Source: Octopus sinensis | Taxonomy: Eukaryota | Length of the DNA stretch: 64,000 nt | Direction of reading: 5' to 3' | Assembly (NCBI RefSeq): GCF_006345805.1 | Contig: NC_043005.1 | Location: 95,790,001-95,854,000 of the forward strand | Shown: positions 25,311 to 37,800 of the stretch, piece by piece | How the letters are laid out: each line of letters begins with the position of its first letter | Position numbering within the stretch: the stretch's first letter is position 1 | The notes under the pieces: model-generated | Seen by the model: only the letters and a program-made list of their open reading frames with translations | The model's database searches: none | What the model was told of the DNA's origin: nothing | Made by a program: the position numbers and the translations under genes

Positions 25311-26807
25311 TGATGATGATATATATCATTATCATCATTTAATGCATGTTCTCCATGCTGCCATTAAATAATGATATATACACACACACACACACACAGT
25401 CAGGAATTTTTGCTATTTGTATTTTCCATAGGTAGTGACACTCTTTAATTAACTGGATGTGTTTTCATTACAATATAAAAGTATATTTTGTCAGTATTCA
25501 AGTAAGTTGTTTTGGTTTTGAAGTTTGATAATTTGGGTCATATTTATAAATGCTGGATTATTTGCATACAAAAATATAATAAAAGAAGAGATAGGAGGAG
25601 CTATTCAATAAATGAAAGAAATCAATGGCCTGAAAAAATTCCATGTCATTGATCTCTTTCATTTAATTTTCAGTTACTATTGCTAACTTTGTTTGTATTT
25701 TATAGAGAGAGGGTTATTTCTAAACTCTGTGTTCTTATATGCAACCATTTAACCACATAAGGTACACATTGACAATCAGGCTAAGTTGTGTCTGTATTAT
25801 CATGCAGAATAACTGAAGTTGCTGCTTGTGGTGTAATTGGAGACTAGTGTGCACACACAAGTTTTCCTTTTTTTAAGCAAGGAATCATTAGAGAAGATTA
25901 ACAGGACAGCACAGATTAAAGCTAATGTGACAATTGGTACTTGAATTATTTTAGTGTGTGTTTTATGTTTATTGAGCATGACAGCATGTCTGTAATGGTG
26001 ATATAATATTTGTACTGGTGTGATATTAATATTTGGATGTTTGTAGTTAGTTGTACATGCAAATGTGTGTCTGTTTGGATTGGAACATACAGTGGACAGG
26101 AGAGTGTTAACACATGTCAACTCTAAACAGTTACATGGCGTGAAATGAACAGACATAGCTCACAGATTTGTGTTTCAGTTATATTGTGTCTCTGCCTAGC
26201 AAAGGATTGGGTATTTCACATTTTAGTACTTATTTGGCATCACTGATTTGATGCCGATTTATTTGACATCAGACGTTTTAATATTTCTCTCATTTAATGA
26301 TTCTCTTATTCTGTCTCTCTCTCTCTCTAGCACTCTCTTTCTTTCTCCCTATTTATGTGTGTGAGCATATTTCTCTTTTTTGTGTATATACCTGTGTGTC
26401 TGCTCTTAGCGCCAAAAAGTATTGCCACCAAAACAGGTTCAATGTCCAATCAGCTCTGCCAAATCGCCAGCATCCAAACATCTCAGCCTGCTATGGTTCA
26501 TACTGTACCCTCTGGCATGGACATGCATTGATGTAGTGTGTAAGGGGATGTGTGATAGCCTGAACATTGTCTCTTCTGTTCAATCTATTTCTGTATGCCT
26601 ACAGATACGGGTGGGGACTTATGGAGGAATGCAAGGTGACCTCACTCAGAGTGCACTATTTGCTGTTCTGTATAGAGGGTTTCTGAATCTGATATGCACG
26701 TTTTGAATGGTTGGAAGAATTTTAGGTTTGTAGGAGAAAAAAGACTGAGTTGAAGCTAGGCTATCATTATCCTTCATCAATTTTATTATATTGTTTATTT
26801 ATGTGAT

Positions 26808-27042
26808 CATCATCATCATCGTTTATTGTCCGCTTTCCATTCTAGCATGGGTTGGACGATTTGACTGAGGTCTGGTGAACCAGATGGCTGCACCAGGCTC
26901 CAATCTTTATCTGGCAGAGTTTCTACAGCTGGATGCCCTTCCTAACGCCAACCACGTCAGGCGGTACTGGCAATGACCTTGCTGGAATCTTTTTACACAT
27001 GCCACCGGCACAGGTGCCAGTAAGGCGACGTTGGTAACGATC
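26808..27042 (-). mobile_element. RTE 3'-end repeat (family C)
   Basis: (CAT)n tail and GCTGGATGCCCTTCCTAACGCCAACC. Confidence 0.75.
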
Positions 27043-27491
27043 GGTTTTATTATTTCCACTAAATCTGGTGCAGTGAATGCTTTCAGTGTGTTCCCTCATC
27101 TGATATTTTTCTGATTCTTCCAAGTATAAAGCAAGGTCACCAGAATGCATTTCAAGCTTCATCTAATATGTAGATCTCACATGTGGAACCTTGGCGCAGG
27201 TAGTGATGGTATGGGGATTTGTGTGTGTTTAGATGGAAGATTTCTGTTCCCACTGGCAAGAAAGGAGCTTTCTGTTCTTTTTGAAGATTGTTTACATGTG
27301 AAATTGGAATGTGTAATTAATTTTACGTACATGTAAATAATTGTTTAATGAAAGGGAAAGCAGTCAATAATCAGTATGAATTTAAATTAAATTTAATGAT
27401 TTTCTTCCTATTCGATTTTTGTTTTGTCCTCAGCCTACAAACATTTATAATGAGTTACTTTAAATGATTAACTTTCATCTGATCGTTATTA

Positions 27492-27501
27492 TACTTTGAC
27501 T
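27492..27501 (+). promoter_or_regulatory. Putative U12 branch-point sequence (branch A at 27499)
   Basis: TACTTTGACT resembles the consensus TTCCTTRAC; 11 nt from A27499 to G27510. Confidence 0.6.
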
Positions 27502-27510
27502 AAGTTGTGG

Positions 27511-27601
27511 TGCATTGGAAGCTTTTATCAGGGCTAAATATGAACACAAGCGTTATATAGCTCGTGAGTGGGTTCAACCAAAGCCAACAGTACCAAAGCA
27601 G
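27511..27601 (+). CDS. SMAP1: SMAP-family ArfGAP, internal coding exon (probable exon 4): (S)ALEAFIRAKYEHKRYIAREWVQPKPTVPKQ; alternative start 27505 adds Cys-Gly
   Basis: FIRAKYE-K-Y is the end of the ArfGAP domain. In frame with the phase-2 end of the previous exon; donor CAG|GTAATT at 27602. The start is ambiguous between an AG acceptor (exon from 27505) and a GG acceptor (exon from 27511). Confidence 0.9.
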
Positions 27602-29439
27602 GTAATTTCACCATTTTCTCTTTTTTATGCTCAGTAAATCTTCTTAAAAGAAAGATGCTTTCAAATATACTATTATTATTATTTATTCATTGAATTGGCA
27701 GTTTTAGAATTTATACCATATTTTTCAGTATGCAAGTCAATGTAATGTATAATGTAAACGTGTAGCGTAAACATTCAACCATTGTCATTGTCTTTCCAAA
27801 TCCTTCTGCATTTCACATGAAATTTTTGACCCTCCAAGTTGCCCTGGTGTATAAAGTCAACTTAGCTTTTTTTGGTTGTAAATTTTGGTCTGTAACTTTT
27901 GACTTGTAAGCAGAAGAAGATGGTAAATGTGAAACGGCCGATTTGATGACATTCTACAAGTTTGTCTCTATGTTTCATGGCCATGCATTTTATTGTGGCT
28001 TTTATGAGACAAACTTTCTATGCTTCAGCTTGGAGATATGTTGGGCATTGGCTCCAATAAATTAAGCTAAATGTCCAGATTTGTTTTTAACAACCCCGAC
28101 TTATAAAAAAGACCAAATTAAAACAATATAGTTATTTGGTTTGTTAGCTCAGTGTATTTTAAGTGAAAGAAGAAAGTTGTGATGTCTCGTAAATGTAATT
28201 ACTATTCAGTACAGTATTCAAAAATGTAATAGCAATCCTGGTTAGTTTGCCAGTTCTTAACAGCGGACATAGGTCTGTTGATAGCATACAACAGGAAGCA
28301 GGTATTAATGTCTTTCTAGCATAACACAATTGAAAAAAGAGTATTAAAAGGGAACACTATCACTGACATTTTATTCTCTGAGCATTAAAACTTCTGTTTC
28401 TTTTTATGTTTGTACTTCATTTAGTTCTTGTTTAGTAAGATGAATCCTACTAAATTTTTTCGTTGTTGTAAGCTGTGTTATATTTCTGTTTTTTTTTTTT
28501 TTTCCTTCATGCCTTTACCTTAAACGTGAGAGACAATATATTATACAAGCTTTGGTAGCATGATACTCCTCAATAAAATGTAACTAATGGAGCCAAACAC
28601 TACAGTTTGTTTCCATGGCGTCCAAGACAAATTTCTACTACAGCTCTGATATTTAAAGTATTGTGTTTGTCACAGAACTTCATCCTAGCATTTTGTGACA
28701 CCAACTTTAAAAATCTAAGCCGTTGAACTAGTTTATATGACATTTGGTCCAAACAGTTGAGATGGAGAAATTGGCCCTGTCTCATTTTATTTCTATCATT
28801 TATTGATTACAGAATGAAAACTTTCCTAGATTAGTATTCATTCATTAAGAATCAACTATTAACTCTTTGATGAGGGTGCAATACTAAGACAGATGTTAGA
28901 AGAAATATTTTCCAATTTCTGCTTAAACAGAGTGACACTAACTTTTATCTTATTTTCTTTGAAAATGTGACTTCTTTTATTATATTTAATTATTTATATG
29001 TAGTTTTCTCCAAATTATATCATGGTATTTCTTAAAAGAATATTTCTTTTAATTGTAGGTATTTGATGTTGTTAATGTTTCTTTTGAGATTGTATATTAA
29101 TATAACAGATGTTCTTAAAAGACACATGCGCTAGGAATAGGGATATGTAAGTGGAAACCACTCTTTGGAAGCAGGAATTTTTTTAGTGATTTGAATAAAG
29201 TATTTTCATTCTGTTCTTTATAAATACACAGGTTACTGACAAATATATTTTTGAAATATTAAATTCAAATTATATGAGGGAATGTTGTTTAGAGGTTAAG
29301 GTGTTGAACAGTAACTTGTAAGATCGTGGTTTCAATTCCTAACTGAGTGGTATGTTGCATTCTTGAGGGAAACACTTCATTTCATGTAGCAACAACAGCT
29401 GGGCTTTTTTAAACTCTGGGACAGACTTGGTGGAGAGTA

Positions 29440-29676
29440 TTTATTTTTTTATTGCCCACAAGGGGCTAAACATAGAGGGGACAAACAAGGACAGACAAGA
29501 GGATTAAGTCGATTACATCGACCCCAGTGATTAACTGGTACTTATTTAATCAACCCCATAAGGATGTAAGGCAAAGTTGACCTCAGCGGAATTTGAACTC
29601 GGAATGTAACGGCAGATGAAATACCGCTAAGCATTTCACCCGGCATGCTAACATTTCTGCTAGCTCCTCACTGCCT
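29440..29676 (-). mobile_element. SINE family B
   Basis: Near full-length reverse-complement copy. Confidence 0.85.
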
Positions 29677-31770
29677 TAAGGTGGAGAGCATTGTTCTCTC
29701 AGTTCTTTATACACCACAGAAAACTGGATCAGCTAAATCTAGCCCTGACAGATTTATTAGATACAAAACTATTTTAAATATTAATTTTTGGCTGGCTTTG
29801 ATTACTATATTGTCTATAGTAATCTTAACATAGGAAATGGGGGAAAAAAATTATTGTTGCATTAACATTTAAGCCAAAAGTGAATCTCTGAAAAATTAAT
29901 ACGGTACTTAAAGATGACTAAAGAATTTGCCAGAAGTTCTCTTTCACTGAAATAGAATTCAAACAACAAAAATTATACTCTTGGAATGCTAAAACTTTAA
30001 TTTTTGTTAAATTTATTTCATATTCTTTAAACAAAAATGCAAAAAACAAAAAATTCTTTTAAATAATTTGTGGATTATGATAATATTATTCTTTTACAAT
30101 TGAATAATCGTTGAAAAATGTAAGCTCTGTAATGTCTCATTCCTAGTCATCCTAACATAATTTTACATAATAGCTATTTAAAAATTTTTTTGAGATAAGT
30201 GGGGGTTTTTTTTTTCTAAATTAACCTTTACTTCCCATTTTTTCTTTGTGTTATTTCTTTATTCTTTCTTTTGGTTGGTATTCTATTAATTTTTCAATAT
30301 TTCACTGAATTCTTCAGATTCAATGTTTTAATTTTGACAGATTGTTACAGTATTTTGCAGAGTAAAAATAAAAATAAAGTAATTATTGCAAAATAGGTTT
30401 GAATATTGTTCACTTTATTGAAATTATTTTGAAAACCTTGTTATAACAAGTTATTACGAGTCAGTTTTAAACCAAGTCTGGGGTCTTTTGTGTTTATAGG
30501 GAAGAATATAATATAAAATAATTTGTATCGCTGTGAAAAAGTCATGCAATTTTTTTCTGCATAATGTCCTGTTGACATTGTAATTATAATTAGAAATTCT
30601 AGATTTTGCATTGGCAATTCAGCATATTCCACCAATATCAGGAGCTTTGAGTCTATTCATTTCGCTTCTCAGTCTTTGACATTGTTGGTGTCTTATTGTT
30701 TGCAGTTCTGCAAGTTTCATTGTCTGTATTTCATTGTATGACACTTTTCATTTGTAGAGCAAGTCTGGCCTAGTTACCAGTTCCTTCATTGTTTCAGTGG
30801 CCTCTATTGTACTCCTGGCATACTTATTTTTTTCCATCTCTGTTATTATTACATGGCCAACACTTCTGTCAGCCAATCTTTTTACATGTGTACTCAATAT
30901 CAAAGCTCTGTATAATTTGCTGAGATGGTGACAATTGTAAATGAAGACCTATTTGACAAAATGATAGTGATTATGATGATGAAACTAGAATATACACATT
31001 GCATTATCTAGAGATGTATTTGATTCTCAGAGTGCAAAATATTAACCAATCTAATTTCTGTTTGATCTAAATCTAAATGGTGGGATATGAAAGGTTTAGT
31101 CCACTTTCATACAAAAGTACTAACCAAGACTTAACAAACTTTAACAGAGTACATACACAAATAACTATTCACACATAAAACTCATTCTACCACTTAACAT
31201 GAGGATCCTACACAGCTAACAACCTAAACTTTAGCCACTGGACTACATACAAACGACTCCTGTCCACTCTCCCACCAGACAGATTAAATTTAGAGTGTTC
31301 ACTTTACTCTGTCAGCCTTCTTTTTAGACACAAAATATACTGTCACATGACACTAACACATGTAAAAAAGGGTCTAAACTTAATTATGTGCTCATTCTCT
31401 ACAAACACTTCTCCAAACAATCAATGCTCTGAATGTTTTCTGTCATGTTCAGTCAACTGTATCAGCCTTAATTTACAATGCCAAACATTGTTATGGGGAA
31501 CCTACAAAAATTTCTAAGACCAGCCATGTGACTATCCTCTATCAATCATATCTTATTCAAAACCTATACTAATTTGAGCCATGAACTCCCTATAAAAATA
31601 GGGCAAGCTTCAAACACTAGTCGAAGCAAGACAGATGCCATATCTTTCTATTTTATTTCAACTGTTTGAAAATCAATGTAAACTGTGAAACTGGTTAAAG
31701 CTTCAAATATATTAATAAAAAATATTTCAATTATTCTCAGTGCATTTTCAACTTCTGTTTTCCTTATATA

Positions 31771-32612
31771 CAAGGTCTAATCAATAAGTATCCAGAATGT
31801 TGCCATAGCAATGAAGCTAAAGCATGCAGAGTGAAGCCACTTGAACTCTGCTGTGTCTGCGCATAAAGTTTTAATGTTCCAGCTCCCTTCCACTGTTTAC
31901 AGCAGTGCTTGGAAGGAAGGTGTGTAGTGTGTGATCGTCGCATTGACCATGAGAGAGAATGTTGTCATGGTGATACCTGCTCAGAGGCCTATGCAAAGTT
32001 GCCAAAAGTATATGGAGAGGAATGTATGAGTGGTTCAGACATTTCCAAGATGGCTGAAAAGATGTTAATATTGACGAATGTTCAGGGAAACCTGCAACCA
32101 GCAGAACTGAGAAAAACGTTGCAGATGTGCGTGCAGCTGTGTGTGGGGAAATAGTCGAATCACCATCCGTGATTTATCAGATGTGCAGATTACTTACAGT
32201 TCACTTGAGTCCATTATCACTGAAGTTTGGGTATGAGACACATGTCTGCCAAGTTTGTGCCAAAATTGCTTTCAGCTAACCAAAGAGACACTCGGGTTTC
32301 AGTTGCACAAGATCTCTTTGATAGTGTCAAGAATGATGAAAACTTTTTGGAAACTTTGAGCAGGAATCGTCAAGCTTTTGGCAAAATTTAATGCAGATTC
32401 TCTGCTCAACTTTGTCATGGTCAATGTGACAATCACATGCTACACACCTTCCTTCCAAGCACTGCTGTAAACAGCAGAAGTGAACTAGGATGTTGAAACT
32501 TAGTGCACATACACAGCAGAGTTCAAGGTCAATCTGTGCCAAGCAGCTTCACTTTGTATGCGTCAGCTTCATTACTATGGCAACAGTCCGGATACTTATT
32601 GATCAGACCACG
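31771..32612 (+). mobile_element. Mariner derivative with about 200-240 bp inverted ends
   Basis: TA|CAAGGTCTAATCAATAAGTATCC ... GGATACTTATTGATCAGACCACG|TA. The interior encodes GMRHMSAKFVPKLLSANQRDTRVSVAQDLFDSVKNDENFL, and the 5' end of the element is duplicated in inverted form at the right end. Confidence 0.8.
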
Positions 32613-32632
32613 TATACATGTATATATATATG

Positions 32633-32970
32633 TTTTACTTCTTTCAATCATCTGACTGCGGCCATGCTGGAGCATCACCTTGAAGGGGTTTTTTGTTGAA
32701 CAAACGACCCCAGGACTTATTTTTTTAAGCCTACTATTTATTCTATCAGTCTCTTTTGCCATTCACTAAGTTACAGAGACATAAATACACCAACACTGGT
32801 TGTCAAACAGTGATGGGTGGACACATAGATATATGTGTGTGTTTGTGTATATACATAATGGGCTTCTTTCAGTTTCTGTCTACCAAATCCACTGACAAGA
32901 CTTTGGTTGGCCTGAGGCTATAGTAGAAGACACATGCCCAAGGTGTCATGTAGTGGGACCAAACTTCTTG
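32633..32970 (-). mobile_element. SINE family A, diverged copy
   Basis: Reverse-complement tail and body of family A, abutting the mariner end. Confidence 0.7.
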
Positions 32971-33956
32971 CCACACAGAGAGAGAATTGAATTCACAAGA
33001 CTTTATTATTCACCACAATTCTTTCAATGCATCATACATCACAGCCTCTCAGTTGAGATGCTGCACAAACAGTTGTGGTGCATCATTGGTGCAGATGTGT
33101 CTCGTCAGGTGACCTGACAAAAAGTCCCTCATTTTTTAATCTCCAATGCACAATGAGTTGAAATGATAAAAAAAAGTCTTGTGAATTCCATTTTCTTTCT
33201 CTTTCTCTCAAACAGTAAACAGGCTTTAAATGGCATACTACAAGGTGTACACTCAAATTTAAAATTATTACTTTTATATGAACATAGTTTATATAAGAAA
33301 GAATATACTCTATATGTTTGAGGATGAATATTCCTGTTGTATTTGTATGAATTAAATATGTATTCTGAGAAATGACCTGTGGTGGAATGAAAAGATGATC
33401 ATTATTATTATAGTTTCTTGTCCAGATGGTAAGGACATTTCCACCCAAGGTTGTCAGATCTCTGTGAATGTACATACTTGAAGATATTTGCCAAGAATGC
33501 AGGTGGAAGTTATCTCCTTGCTTTCTGAATTCTTATATGTATTTGGAGAACAATGAAAATTATTGGTATCCTTAGATACTTCTTTCTGTATTCACCAGCT
33601 TCTCTTTCCTTACCTAGACATGAGTATGATTGTCAGGAGAACAGCTGTATTACATAATTAAGTTTGTCTTTCCTTGTACTCTATTATCACACTACAAGCA
33701 CACACACACACACAGCTGCCATTCATAAAATTAATTGTTAACATCTGTTATTGCTTAATTTCATACCAGCCTTGATCCAGTAGATCTATGATCATCTGCA
33801 TTTTTTTCAGTTGTGAACTTGTTCAATCTGGCTAACTAATAATAGTTTATATATGCCTGTATATTACCTCCCAGTCTTTCTTTCGACTGCTATTGTCTGT
33901 ATTAGTCTGCACCCTTCATTTAGTACTTTCATTGATAGTGATAAGAACCATAAACA

Positions 33957-34186
33957 CGGTGAGCTGGCAGAATCGTTAGCACACTGGGTGAAATGCTTAG
34001 CGGTATTTCGTCTGCCACTACGTTCTGAGTTCAAATTCCGCCGAGGTCAACTTTGCCTTTCATCCTTTTGGGGTCGATAAATTAACTACCAGTTACGCCC
34101 TGGGGTCGATGTAATCGACTGAATCCCTTTGTCTGTCCTTGTTTGTCCCCTCTATGTTTAGCCCCTTGTGGGCAATAAAGAAATAA
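33957..34186 (+). mobile_element. SINE family B
   Basis: GGTGAGCTGGCAGAATCGTTAGC head, GAGTTCAAATTCC, conserved body, GCCCCTTGTGGGCAATAAAG tail. Confidence 0.88.
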
Positions 34187-37100
34187 GTGATAAGAACCAT
34201 TCAAATGTTGACATGCATATAGATATATCCAGCAACAGCAGATTGTGTCTCATTATCAAAATATCATTAATTATTATCGATTTCAACATTAAAAATTGTT
34301 TGTTTTCTACCGAAAGCCAAATGAAATGTTCTCAAAAGTGGAATGGCTTATAGTCGTAGTTTCAAACTGATTTCGAAATGTGAAGAGAAAGAATATATAT
34401 TCTTTGTGTTTGTTTCTGTGATTTACTTTACATTTTGCTGCTAGAATTGTATGTTTACATTTGTTTGTTAAATCTACATATGGTGCTAAATTATTGATTC
34501 TTGTGGTATTAGTCCTGTTTAAAAGAAATAATCTGTCTTTTGTCAGTGTATGAGTATATGTACACACATGTATACATGCATAAATGAAAATCAGATCAAT
34601 TACTATTCCACTGTCATTTGGGCTGGTTGGTTCTACAAAATAGTTTCTCTGCAGGTGTCCTTGTATATTTGAAAACCTTTGTCCAGGAAACTACCTCTCT
34701 GTTGTTGCTTAACTTCTTTTTCCTTTTTTAATTTAATACATATTATGCATTTTGTAAAAAAAAGAATAGCATCGTTATAGATTTTGAACAGACCAAGCAC
34801 TGGTCTACTGCATTTCTAATAGCATGAGTAACAAGGAAATATCTTTGTGAGTTGAGTGGAATAAATGCTGCAGGGTATTTTTCTTTGGCATACCAGTTTG
34901 TTGGCAATTTTCTCACAAATTTGTGAGATATACATATATATATTATGGAGATGTACTTGCATAGCAAGTGACCTGATCTGAGATCGTGTGCTGGAACGAA
35001 AACAATTGCAGTGTAGAAGGTGTTTATAAGCCATTTAAGAAACACACAAAATCCGTTAGATTCACTTCAACATTTAAATATATATAGTTTGCTGATATAC
35101 AATTATCTATATTACACACTCACTCACTCTTTTGTGCACACACACACACACACAAAACAGGCTTTTGTACAGTTTCTGTTTATTAAGTTTTTACTCACAA
35201 AGCATTGATCAAACTAAAGATTTGGTAAAAGACACATGCCCCAAAACTAATTTTATCATTTCTCTATTATTTATTTATTTATAGCTTTCTAAATAAATCC
35301 ACCATAAATACATTACACTCATGTCCAGCTGTTCTCTTACTGCTGTTCATAATAAGCTTGTTTTCTAAATGTTTCATCTATGTACTACTAAATATGGTTT
35401 CCTCTATTTAGCTGTGTGGTTTGTATGAGTCTAACTCTTATTCAGTCCTTTTCTAACATTTTACCATTTTAGACTTCCTTTTTTTTTACCCTAATCACAC
35501 CAGCCACTCTGAATTCTTCTTTCTTGAATTTGTCATTTTAATAATATCAACCTTGTTTTGAATATTTTGATGTGATCTTGTTACAAATATTTTTTAAAAT
35601 AATTTTGTTTTATTGTTTTCTTGAAATGATTTAAATTTTGATTTCAATGATTATTTTTTTATTTTATTCCAAAAATACGATTCTAAAAAGAACCCACTTC
35701 ATTTTATAACTGTAAACCAAATATTTCAGTACACCTCTCTGTTTTATTCATGTTTTTATTGGCAAATCTTTTATCTTTTGTTCTAATAATTTTATTTGAG
35801 ATTTATTCTCCATAGTGCCCTACTAGTTATAAATAGCCAAGAATCTGACATGGAAAAGATTGTAGGAATCTGTTTATTTGTGCAACCAAAAGAGTTTTCT
35901 TCTCTCTCATAATCCTGTTTCTAAGTAGAGTGTCCATTGTGTGAATGCACTGCTTCCTTTTGGTCAGTGTTGTTGGTCAGTTCAGTTTGGCTGTTCCCAG
36001 TCAAAATGTTATGTCTTAACTTATCTTTTCATGTTTTACTACTGCGTTGTTTATTAAGTACTGCTTTGTGATAATTTATCTACTCATTATTTGTGAGAAC
36101 ATAGTACTTTGTATGGAGTATTAGTTATTAAGAGTAACCATTGGAAAACCAATTATAGCAGTGACTCAGTCAATTTCAAGCAGTATTTGAAGAAGGAATT
36201 TTTGTATTCCAAAATATTATTATTATATCAGACAATGGATAATTAAATTATAACAGTTCTTATAGTCCACTCTACATTGTTGTGCCATTCAAGACACATT
36301 ATATTTTAGTTATTAAATGCTTTTAATTAAAACTTCATTGTGGTTAACTCAAGATTAACCAGCTTAAAAGCTTCAGATATTAATACTGTCTTTTGTCAAT
36401 GTTACTTCACCTAAAACAAGCCAATGAGGTTACTTCTATGTGGTCGTTTGACTTCATAGAAATACTAGCCCAACCTCTTACACTGCTAATGTCTTACATA
36501 AGGAAATGATTCATTAGATAATATGCTTTGACATGCCACTAAAAAAAGACAGCATAGTCATGGCTGCAACGCATAAAGTCTGCTTTTCAGTCAGAATTTT
36601 CCTCGAGTTGAACATTACTAAAGATCTTTGCTAATCATTTGCATAAGATGTTAACATTAATTTTAGATAATCTACTAATCCCAATATGTCTTCCAAGTAG
36701 AAATATTTAAATTTTAAGTATGTGTGTTATATGAGCAGTTAAAGTGACACACAGATTGGTGTGATGGAATTTGTATTTATCACTGGAAAATTCCAAGATT
36801 CTAGTTCTAAGGTTAAAATTTCACTTTATCCTTTAGAATTACAAAAAAAAAAAAGAAACATCTCCTAATTAGTGCAAATTAGCTTTTAAAAATCTTGATA
36901 GAGACAAGTTTGTTGAAGAGAAAATACTAATCTCAAACAAATCTGTACAAAAGAAAAAAATTCATACAACACTAAGACTAAAGTAATTACTCAAAACTGC
37001 AAGCATTTATTTGTATTGAAATGAGAAAACCACTCTAAAACTGTTTGTTACCTTGTCTTGAACTATAACAAGTTGTTTATGGGCCTTAGGGAGCTGCTAC

Positions 37101-37309
37101 ATACTCACTCAGCCTGTTAGGAGCAACAACTAAATTTCCCTCTAATCAGCTTGGAAAAGCATAGTATACTGTAGAGAATGGCATCACAGATATTCTTTAG
37201 AGCACAGTGATTAATGCTAGAATGTCTTTGATCATGGGTCTGTTCAGTGAAAGTTAGTCTTGTGCTACACTACAACAGTATGACAAAACAAAAATGATAA
37301 AAAGATTAT

Positions 37310-37800
37310 TTAGATAATGCGGAAGAGGAAAGGTGAGGACAGCTGCATCAGGAAGTGCTGATCTCTAATTGTGGAGGGAACATGTGGAAGGGGTAGACCC
37401 AAGAAGACATGGGATGAAGTGGTAAGAAAGGACCTTCAGACTTTAGGCCTCACAGAGGAGATGACAAGGGACCAAGATTTCTGATGGTCTACTGTGCTTG
37501 AGAAGATAGGTCAAGCTTGGGTAAAACTGTGGCTGTCCATGTCCTCTACATCCTTCTCTCAGCTGAGTGATCCTAATCTTGTGGGCTGATGTGTGCTGGT
37601 GCCCTGTCAAAGCAGTTGTGTCAGTGCCACGTAAAAGCACCCATGTTGGTGCCCTGTAAAAGCACACAGTACACTCTATAAAGTGGCTGGCATTAGGAAG
37701 GGCTGTAGATACCATGCTGAAACAGAAGAATGGAGTCCGGGCAGCTCTTCAGCAAACTAGTATGGGAAACAGATGTTAAATGATGATGATGATGATTGCA
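37310..37800 (+). mobile_element. RTE-type LINE 3' fragment (ORF C-terminus plus 3' UTR)
   Basis: Reads LIVEGTCGRGRPKKTWDEVVRKDLQTLGLTEEMTRD, followed by the family C UTR and (GAT)n tail. Confidence 0.75.

Larger units (their letters stand above)
22798..27510 (+). other. U12-type (minor spliceosome) intron of the SMAP gene
   Basis: The 5' splice site GTATCCTTTT matches the U12 consensus RTATCCTTT and not the U2 GTRAGT. A branch-like TACTTTGACT lies at 27492-27501 with no polypyrimidine tract between it and the exon. Confidence 0.85.

Noticed and set aside
27503-27515. 13-mer AGTTGTGGTGCAT at the SMAP acceptor also occurs near 33070 and 54343
   Set aside because: The other two sites lie in repeat-like DNA with no ArfGAP coding continuation or U12 donor; treated as coincidence, not exon duplication.
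27564-27569. Internal GTGAGT donor within the third SMAP exon
   Set aside because: The reading continues as AREWVQPKP, as expected for invertebrate SMAP, and ends at a good phase-0 donor at 27602.
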